DNA from: Candidatus Saccharimonadota bacterium | GTDB taxonomy: Archaea; Micrarchaeota; Micrarchaeia; Micrarchaeales; Micrarchaeaceae | Reading direction: 5' to 3' | DNA: 32,000 nucleotides | Assembly: GCA_963705375.1 (NCBI GenBank) | Contig: OY970071.1 | Location: 690,001-722,000, forward strand | Shown here: positions 25,489 through 32,000 of the stretch, one piece after another | Numbering within the stretch: position 1 is the stretch's first letter | Layout: each line of letters opens with the position of its first letter | Program-made: the position numbers and the translations under genes | The notes under the pieces: generated by a model | Told to the model about the DNA's origin: nothing | The model's input: only the letters and a program-made list of their open reading frames with translations | The model's database searches: none

Positions 25489-26733
25489 TCAGTTGCCTTC
25501 TTCGCTTATCTTTGAAGCAACAAGCTCGTCCAGCAGCACTGTGGCGTATGATCCTGCTGGCAACTCGAACTTCAGCACGGCGTTGTCTTGGCCCGTCTCT
25601 GACGAAATCCACTTGTATGGGGCGAACAGCGGCCTGAAAGCGCCTTTACAGTTCAATTCTTTCATATGGTCCAGCTTGAACGACTCGAGACTTATCCCAA
25701 ACGCTTCCAGAAGCTTGCCTTCCGATATTGTAAGCTCCTTGGTATCATAACCCACCATGTTGCCCACTAGGAAAGCCTTACCCATTCCAGAATTGTAGCG
25801 GCACACGGTTTTGATGTCCGGGAACCCGTAATTGTTCGGCAGGCAGACGAGCTCGTCCTCCATTGGAGAGGTCATCCCACTCTCGACACGTTGCACCAGC
25901 TCTTCGTTGAATATGCGATCCTCTACTGAGTGCACAAACATGAGAGAGAGGGACCTTGGTAGCTTCCTTATCGCATTCGCATAGTTTCCAGGGAACCTCG
26001 ACAGGTATTCGATCATTGTCCTTTCGTATTTGAGATATCTTGGAAAGTATTGCAGTGCTGCCTTGAAATCTTGTGTTTCGGCCAGTTTGTGCCTGGCATC
26101 GACAGCGTCCTGCCGCTGCTCGTTGTCTGTGTCTGTCAGGAACTTCATGGCCGCGCCTTCGAAATCGGACTTTAGTATCGATATGCCTATGTCGACGTTA
26201 TTGTTTCGAAACCCGAATCTCTGCTCTCCAAAATAGTTCGGAAATAATCCATTGAGCGCGTTGAGCGCATTTGGAATATTGTCCTGGCCAGACGCGTTCC
26301 TTACTGTTACTGTGAACCTGTTGCCTAACAGGCCACCTATTTCTATCTGGGTGTCGCCGGCCCATGCACCGTTTATCTCGATGTCCTTTATGTGGATGTT
26401 AGCCAGTTGGGATGGCACTGCCGCGAACGCACTGCATAATTGGGTCGATACGGCCATCCTGTCTTTTGTTCCGGCAAAACCCATAGACCGAAGCCCTCTC
26501 GCAAGCTTTTTGGATACCTCTCTTAGGGCCTGGGCCGTGTTCCAGTTCCTTTTTTGCATGATGAATATGCAGAACTTGCCTTGCTTCTCCTCGATTCCAA
26601 GCGCGCCCGGGTCGTATTTCTTGCCCACTTCTAGAACCGCACCTGTAGGCACTATTTCCTCAACTACAAAATCGTCAGGTGAAGACTTTACCGCACCTAC
26701 CATGCGGTTGCCTTGATAGAGTCGTCTCAACAT
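25489..26733 (-). CDS. truD: tRNA pseudouridine synthase TruD/Pus7 family
   Basis: 414 aa. DFVVEEI near the N-terminus, catalytic Asp motif FAGTKDRMAVSTQ, NYFGEQRFG, and a C-terminal ...LPAGSYATVLLDEL. Confidence 0.9.
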   Translation of the reverse strand: MLRRLYQGNRMVGAVKSSPDDFVVEEIVPTGAVLEVGKKYDPGALGIEEKQGKFCIFIMQKRNWNTAQALREVSKKLARGLRSMGFAGTKDRMAVSTQLCSAFAAVPSQLANIHIKDIEINGAWAGDTQIEIGGLLGNRFTVTVRNASGQDNIPNALNALNGLFPNYFGEQRFGFRNNNVDIGISILKSDFEGAAMKFLTDTDNEQRQDAVDARHKLAETQDFKAALQYFPRYLKYERTMIEYLSRFPGNYANAIRKLPRSLSLMFVHSVEDRIFNEELVQRVESGMTSPMEDELVCLPNNYGFPDIKTVCRYNSGMGKAFLVGNMVGYDTKELTISEGKLLEAFGISLESFKLDHMKELNCKGAFRPLFAPYKWISSETGQDNAVLKFELPAGSYATVLLDELVASKISEEGN

Positions 26734-28045
26734 CTACACATCGTACTCTTCGCCCAGCCCGGGTACGATTACCCTGAAATTCTTCTGTATGTCATTGCTC
26801 AGAGCCTCAGACTTGCCTTTTTCGCCGTGAATTATGAAAACGTTCTTCAGCATCTTTATGGACCTTATCATCGCTTCAAGGTGAGGTCGGTCAGCATGGC
26901 CTGAAAGATGATAGCTCCTTACTTCCAGCTTTATCGGCACCGTGACATTTTCGAATTTGAGAGCAGTGGCTCCGTTCTTCAGCGCACGTCCAGGCGTCCC
27001 TTCGGCCTGATATCCGACAACGACGATCTTGTTTCCAGGGTTTCCTGCGAGTTTTCGCAAGTAGAATATGACAGGCCCGCCCTTGAGCATGCCGCTCGTC
27101 GTCACTATTATGCTTGCGGTTTCTTCGCTTGCAGCCTTGCTTCGTGCCTGGCGCGTCTCAATAGGGAAGAAATTGCTGCTCTTGAACGGGTCAGAGTCGC
27201 TCATCAGTATCTTTCGCTGCAGCTCCTTCCTGCAATATATCACATTGTGCCTGTGTATACGCATCGACTTGTTTATCATTCCGTCGATATAGATTGGGAC
27301 CTTGGGCAGTGCCCCTGAATTCATAAAGTCGTCAAGCAGCAGAAGGACCTCTTGCGCTTTTCCGACTGCGAAAGAGGGTATGATCACCTTGTTCCCGTTG
27401 AGGAGCGTTTCCTTTATGTCTGTGAGCATGCTGCTTTGCGACCACCCCTTCAGAAGGGGCTATGTCTTCCTTCGCGCCGTACGTGCTCTCCGTGATTAGC
27501 GTCTCGGCAGTGATGTTCTTGGTGTCTGCGCCATCAAGAAGCCGAGTCTTTGAGAGATTTATGTCTCCGGTATAAAGCAGCCTCTGCTTGCCATCGCTGA
27601 CATACAGCATCGCGCTTCCGAGTATGTGGCCTGCAGGCAACAGCGTTACATTCAGGTCTTTGACTTTGACAGTCTCGCCATACTCCACTATCTCATAGCT
27701 CTTGTGCATCCTTGCAAGGCCATCCTTGCTTACGTTGCTAGGATTCGATATGTGCATGTAGTCTGCAATCATCACATTAACCAGCTCGAGCGTAGGCTTA
27801 GTGGCGTACACTTTGCCAGTATATCCTGCGCTGAATATGTGCGGAAGGTAACCGCTGTGGTCCAAGTGTGCATGCGTTATGAATACCGCATCGATGCGCT
27901 TGAGAAGCGCATCTGGTATTGTAGGGAGCTGTTCTGTCTCCCCTAATTTTATTCCTGCATCAAGAAGTATCGAGGTGTTTCCGCTGCTTATCATTATACA
28001 GCTCCTACCAACTTCCTGTGCTGCTCCGAAAAAAGAAACTTTCAA
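26734..28045 (-). pseudogene. Metallo-beta-lactamase / beta-CASP ribonuclease (aCPSF2/RNase J-like), split by a +1 frame break at ~27422-27439
   Basis: ORF 27332..28045 carries the MBL motifs (LLDAG, THAHLDHSG, PAGHILGS, YTGD, ESTYG). ORF 26734..27429 carries the beta-CASP half (VIIPSFAVGKAQE, IYIDGM, VGYQAEGTPG, LSGHAD, FIIHGE). The junction reads ...EDIAPSEGVVAKQ / MLTDIKETLLNGNKV. Span is 1312 nt (3n+1). Confidence 0.85.
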
Positions 28046-28083
28046 TTACTCATCCGATTCTTATCTACTTTATACTTTACTTT

Positions 28084-28649
28084 CTACTTCCCTATCTTCT
28101 TTATCACAGCTATATCCTCAAGGTTGATCGTCTGGGGCGCTGCGGTTGCTTTGTTTGGTTTGCGGACGGCTTTGTGCGTGTTTGTTATGCCCAGAGTCTT
28201 CTTGAGCTCGAAGTAGAGTTTGTCTATCTTAATGTCCAAATCTATGCATTCCTTCGTGGAGCTCGCCATGATCTCCTTCTGCTTCTCAGCATCAGATTTA
28301 GCTGCTCCAGCCTGCGCTTCAGCCGCAGTGGCTCTAGAGCCTTGTCCAGTTCTACGCTTACTTCATTTATGCGCTTTACGAGTTCGCGTTCGGCGCTCAG
28401 GGACGATGCCTCTGTAGAGATCTTGAACTCCAGCGACTTTTTGAGCTTCTTTAAATACACGACTTTCCCATTGGCGGCCCTGATGTGTGCAGGATTTATC
28501 ATGGCTTCGATGGCCCGTGCCTCTGCCTCTTTGTAGGGAATAATGCGCTTTGCGTGCCTTGATAGGCCTATAAGCTTGCCGCGCTGCTTCCTCAGCTCGT
28601 ATATCTGCTGCATCAACTCGTTTGCATGCTCGTTGTGAGACTCCTTCAC
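28084..28649 (-). pseudogene. Archaeal coiled-coil protein (COG1340-like), with a -1 frame break near 28289-28301 and an unresolved start
   Basis: ORF 28242..28649 (GTG start) holds LKKLKKSLEFKISTEASSLSAERELVKRINEVSVELDKA...RRLEQL. It continues in another frame as KSDAEKQKEIMASSTKECIDLDIKIDKLYFELKKTL... (ORF 28084..28269). The reading frame stays open upstream to the GT4 stop at 28809. Span is 566 nt (3n+2). Confidence 0.55.
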
Positions 28650-28808
28650 GAGTTCGTTGAGAGATAGTTTGCCTTCTTGGACCTGCTGGACTTTAGCAGC
28701 CTCTTTGACCGGCTGCTCTACGTTCTTACTTTCCTTCTCGGTACTCTGACCTACCTTAAGCGCTTCGCTTTCGACCTTTATAGTTCCATTTTCTGTCAGG
28801 GAATCACA

Positions 28809-29981
28809 CTATGATGAATTTCTTGAACCTTCAATCGCTTCCTTATAGACGTCAAGCAACAAGTCTGTTGTGCGTGCTATCGAGTACTGCTTTGCAGTAT
28901 TAAGCATTTCATTATAGGAGTCTATGTGATTTAAAACCTTCTCTATCTTTTGTGCACACGAGTGTGAGTCTAAAGGAACGAATTTTTCGCCATTTTTGCC
29001 GTTATTTATGAGTTCTTTCAGCGCCAAATAGTTTGCGCCGACGACAGGTTTGTTGCAAGCCATGGCTTCTATCGACACGATCCCTTGTGTGTCGAACGTC
29101 GAAGGCAGGCAGAAGAGATCGCAGGCTGCATAGTACTTTGGCAGGTCGTTGTCGCTTATGAAGCCGACGAACTTGACGTTGTTGAGGTGCATGTTCTGCG
29201 CCATTCTCTGATACAGCGGAGCCGCGGGGCCGGTGCCGCCTATTACGAACAGTATGTTCTTATTCTTCAGAAGCTTTGCGGCCCTTAGCAGGGTGTCTAT
29301 GCGCTTCTCCTTGCTCAGCCTGCCGACATAAAGCACAATCTTCTGGTCGCTGTTCCTGATGAGGCTTGCCCTAACAGCGCTTCCGTCGACTCTGCGATTG
29401 AACCTTTCGAGGTCTATGCCGTTGGGCACTGTATGGATGTTATCGATGCTATGCCGCTCCAGAATTCCCTGCATGGTGTTACTCGGGGATATTACCTCGT
29501 CACACTTTGAATAGAAGAAACGCGCATAAGGCCAGGCATACTTTACCAGAAGCTTTATGAGCATCTTGCTGCTGGTAGTGTACTCCTTTATCACAGACTT
29601 GTTTGTAAAAAGTGTGTGGAAAGAGCCCACTATCGGGATCTTGTTGGACTTCGCAAAGAAGAGCGCATACATGCCGAGTATGAACGGTGTCTGGGCGTGA
29701 ATCACATCTATGTTTATGCTCTTCAGCTTGCTCGATGCCATGAACGGGAATAGTGCCAGATTGTACTGGGGGTACTTCTTGAAGCGCATGCCGCGCATGA
29801 CGAAGACTTTCTTGTCCTTTTCGACCATACGCTTTGTGCTTGCATTGCCGCTGGCGAATATGTACACGTTATGCCCGCGCCGCTCGAGTTCCTTCCTGAA
29901 ACCAAGCAAAGAGGTGACCACACCATCGGTTGCAGGTAGAAAAGAGTCAGTAAAAAAAGCTATGTTGAGCGCATCCGCCAT
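28809..29981 (-). CDS. Family-4 (GT-B, group 1) glycosyltransferase
   Basis: 390 aa. N-terminal IAFFTDSFLPATDGV, C-terminal GT-B signature LFCLPSTFDTQGIVSIEAMACNKPVVGAN...ELI..GKNG. Confidence 0.88.
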   Translation of the reverse strand: MADALNIAFFTDSFLPATDGVVTSLLGFRKELERRGHNVYIFASGNASTKRMVEKDKKVFVMRGMRFKKYPQYNLALFPFMASSKLKSINIDVIHAQTPFILGMYALFFAKSNKIPIVGSFHTLFTNKSVIKEYTTSSKMLIKLLVKYAWPYARFFYSKCDEVISPSNTMQGILERHSIDNIHTVPNGIDLERFNRRVDGSAVRASLIRNSDQKIVLYVGRLSKEKRIDTLLRAAKLLKNKNILFVIGGTGPAAPLYQRMAQNMHLNNVKFVGFISDNDLPKYYAACDLFCLPSTFDTQGIVSIEAMACNKPVVGANYLALKELINNGKNGEKFVPLDSHSCAQKIEKVLNHIDSYNEMLNTAKQYSIARTTDLLLDVYKEAIEGSRNSS

Positions 29982-29987
29982 GAAATA

Positions 29988-30398
29988 TCACTGTAGCACA
30001 ACCGCATCTCCGCCTGCTTTCTTTATCTTTTCGATTGCTTTTTCGGAGAACGCATGTGCTTTTATCGTTGCCGGCTTGCTTATTGATCCATTGCTGAGCA
30101 CCTTGCAATTCTTGAGCACTATTGAAGGATTCTGCTCTGTGGAATTGCAGATCATTCCGTCTATCTGGCGCAAGGTTATCTCGTCTGGTTTCTTTGGCTT
30201 CCAGTTTGAAAAGCCGTGCTGCTTTATCAGCCACGGCGCTTTAGCGGTCAGAAATGTGAACTTGTGCTTCCTTGAACCGGCCATGCCCACTCCGCCGCGG
30301 CTTCCCTTGCCTCTGGCGTTCTTTATGTTGCCTGCACCCCAGCGTCTTGTTCCCAAGTACTTTCTGTTGCGCTTCTTGCTTCTTACGACCATAATCAC
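29988..30398 (-). CDS. rpl15: Ribosomal protein uL15 (archaeal L15)
   Basis: 136 aa. KKRNRKYLGTRRWGAGNIKNARGKGSRGGVGMAGSRKHKF is the typical uL15 N-terminus. It overlaps the uL30 stop by 4 nt. Confidence 0.9.
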   Translation of the reverse strand: MIMVVRSKKRNRKYLGTRRWGAGNIKNARGKGSRGGVGMAGSRKHKFTFLTAKAPWLIKQHGFSNWKPKKPDEITLRQIDGMICNSTEQNPSIVLKNCKVLSNGSISKPATIKAHAFSEKAIEKIKKAGGDAVVLQ

Positions 30399-30820
30399 AC
30401 CATACGAGTTATGAGTTCATTTATTGCAGCACCGGCATAACCCAATGAACCGCCCTGCGCATATCCCTTCTTTGTGCTTCTCCTATAGCCATGCCTTGGC
30501 CCATGAAGCATGAATGGCATGCTTTTCCTGAGCTCTTGGAGAGAATAGCTGCCGTCCAGTACCGCTTTTGCATCGACGCCGCTTGCGTGCTTGCCAAGCA
30601 GCTTTTCGAGAGTCGCGTTGTCGATCTCGCCATACTGTATGTAGTTGTTGCACTTCTTCAGCATCCCCATGTATGCGGCGTTTGCCCTTATAAGAGCGCA
30701 TGCATTAGGTTTGCCTAACCTAAGCCTGGCAAGGGTCTCGGCCGTTGCGGCACGAACTCCGACTCTGCCACGTATTCGTACCGCTGCGACTAGTTTATTA
30801 TCCAATTCTTTTCCAGCCAT
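30395..30820 (-). CDS. rpl30: Ribosomal protein uL30 (archaeal L30 / eukaryotic L7 type)
   Basis: 141 aa. LVAAVRIRGRVGVRAATAETLARLRLGKPNACALI and YIQYGEI follow the archaeal uL30 pattern. Minus-strand TATA ATATATATC at + coordinates ~30869-30878. Confidence 0.9.
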   Translation of the reverse strand: MAGKELDNKLVAAVRIRGRVGVRAATAETLARLRLGKPNACALIRANAAYMGMLKKCNNYIQYGEIDNATLEKLLGKHASGVDAKAVLDGSYSLQELRKSMPFMLHGPRHGYRRSTKKGYAQGGSLGYAGAAINELITRMV

Positions 30821-30951
30821 AAAAAACGCTGTATTCAGTTGAAAGTATCACGTGTCGAAGATATATATGGCTTTGCATCAAACGCCAATAGTGTGAAAAG
30901 CTGGCACAAAAGCATTAAGTATCTAAACTCGACCTCTGCTACGTAAGGAGT

Positions 30952-30995
30952 TCTGTAGAAAAAGCCGGAAGCAGATCCTATTAAATCTGTAGAAA
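30952..30995 (+). promoter_or_regulatory. Two direct copies of TCTGTAGAAA spaced 34 bp apart, bracketing a TATA-like ATTAAAT upstream of the DAHP synthase gene
   Basis: Exact 10-mers at 30952-30961 and 30986-30995. The second copy lies between the putative TATA (30979-30985) and ATG 31026. Confidence 0.4.
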
Positions 30996-31025
30996 TAACA
31001 GGCCAACAACACAATATGTGATATC

Positions 31026-32000
31026 ATGCCAAAAGCGATGCCCAAATTGCGAAATGCAGATATTAACGTTAGCGACTACACGACACTTATACCACCAAAT
31101 GCGCTCATACAGGATATACCCGCAGGGCGAGCAGCAGAAAAGACCGTTAGAGACTGCAGGCAGACGATCACAGATATATTCGAAGCTGCGGCAGCAGGCA
31201 GAAAGCATCCGATAGTCGTCATAGTAGGCCCTTGTTCCATCTTCGATATCGAAGCTGCAAGGAAATATTCGGATATGCTAGCGGATTTGGCAAAAAAAGT
31301 TGCGCCAGAGATTGTGCTTGTGATGCGCACTTATTTCGAGAAACCTAGGACAAAAGGAGGTTGGAGAGGTGTGATTTACGATCCGCACCTCTCTGGTGAA
31401 GAAAAGATAAATGAAGGACTGCACATCGCCAGAGGTTTGTTAAAGTATAATGCGGATAAAGGCCTCCCGTCTGCGACAGAGTTTCTAGACCTGAACATAC
31501 CTCAGCACATCGGAGACCTTATATCGTGCGGGTTTATAGGCGCTAGAAGCTTGGACCCTGTGCACCAATGGCTAGCTTCAGGCCTATCCATGCCTACTGG
31601 AGTGAAAAACAACACAGCAGGCAATGTGGAGGTGGCAGCCAATGCCATACTTGTATCCAGGCAACCTTGTGCATTCCCAGGAATAGACATGGATGGACGG
31701 GCTGCGATTGTCCATACTCGCGGAAACCCGCACACATTCCTAGTACTTAGGGGAGGCGACAGCGGCCCTAATTACGACAGCCCCAGCGTAGAAAACGCTC
31801 TGAGTTTGTTATTGCATAAAGAGCTTGAGCCCCATAAACCGCTTGAACCGGCCATAATGGTTGACTGCAGCCACGGAAATTCAGGAAAGGATTACAGAAA
31901 GCAGCCAGGGGTCTTTGAAAACGTAATAGGACAGATAGTAAATGGCAATACAGGAATTATGGGATTGATGCTGGAATCCAATATCAAAGAGGGCAAGCAA
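31026..32000 (+). CDS. 3-deoxy-D-arabino-heptulosonate-7-phosphate (DAHP) synthase, class I AroG/F/H type (3' end beyond window)
   Basis: Not in the ORF track because no stop is reached. I checked 325 codons from ATG 31026 to 32000 by hand and found no stop. Motifs: VVIVGPCSIFD, YFEKPRTKGGWRGVIYDP, LPSATEFLD, GARS, MPTGVKNN, LRGG, MVDCSHGNS. Confidence 0.9.
   Translation, partial: MPKAMPKLRNADINVSDYTTLIPPNALIQDIPAGRAAEKTVRDCRQTITDIFEAAAAGRKHPIVVIVGPCSIFDIEAARKYSDMLADLAKKVAPEIVLVMRTYFEKPRTKGGWRGVIYDPHLSGEEKINEGLHIARGLLKYNADKGLPSATEFLDLNIPQHIGDLISCGFIGARSLDPVHQWLASGLSMPTGVKNNTAGNVEVAANAILVSRQPCAFPGIDMDGRAAIVHTRGNPHTFLVLRGGDSGPNYDSPSVENALSLLLHKELEPHKPLEPAIMVDCSHGNSGKDYRKQPGVFENVIGQIVNGNTGIMGLMLESNIKEGKQ

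Noticed and set aside
2810-27439. The pentamer AGCAT is present at the Lon, isochorismatase and beta-CASP frame-break sites.
   Set aside because: The DUF424 and coiled-coil sites lack it and the shift directions differ. I estimate the chance of a shared 5-mer within such windows at the percent level, so it is not convincing on its own.
28809-28811. TAG reassignment (for example to pyrrolysine or a sense codon), suggested by the in-frame open region after the GT4 TAG.
   Set aside because: TAG terminates several well-supported genes at family-typical ends (SUI1 5274-5276, epimerase, M1 peptidase, ORF 676..1386).
1-32000. CRISPR arrays, cas genes, restriction-modification or other known defence systems.
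   Set aside because: I saw no regularly spaced direct repeats and no ORFs with recognisable nuclease, methylase or helicase motifs outside the housekeeping genes.

Overview
This looks like an archaeal chromosome segment. The inference rests on topoisomerase VI, membrane-anchored LonB, Kae1/Bud32, aSUI1, archaeal-type uL30/uL15, intron-containing tRNAs and TATA-box/leaderless gene starts. The scrambled gene order and divergent rRNA hint at a small-genome DPANN-like lineage, but that is a guess. Most of the window is housekeeping: ftsY (partial), top6A, lonB, uL29-SUI1-kae1-bud32, an SDR epimerase, ftsZ, an unlinked 23S rRNA (minus strand), tRNA-Ala and tRNA-Ser (both with introns), M1 aminopeptidase, an EncFtn-like ferritin, GT2 and GT4 glycosyltransferases, DUF167, truD, a beta-CASP RNase, uL30-uL15 and a class-I DAHP synthase (partial, missing from the ORF track because it runs off the window). 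Accessory content is one intact 1285-bp IS with an 11-bp target duplication beside tRNA-Ala, two relic ends of the same IS bracketing an orphan ORF, and an IS-adjacent island of unknown ORFs that includes an Imm-5-like immunity-type protein. Two things stand out. Five conserved genes are broken by single-nucleotide frame shifts. The 23S rRNA also carries substitutions at sarcin-ricin-loop and peptidyl-transferase-centre positions that are normally invariant, several with matching compensatory changes. I saw no CRISPR array and no recognisable defence system. All homology calls are by eye and from memory of family motifs; none was searched against a database.
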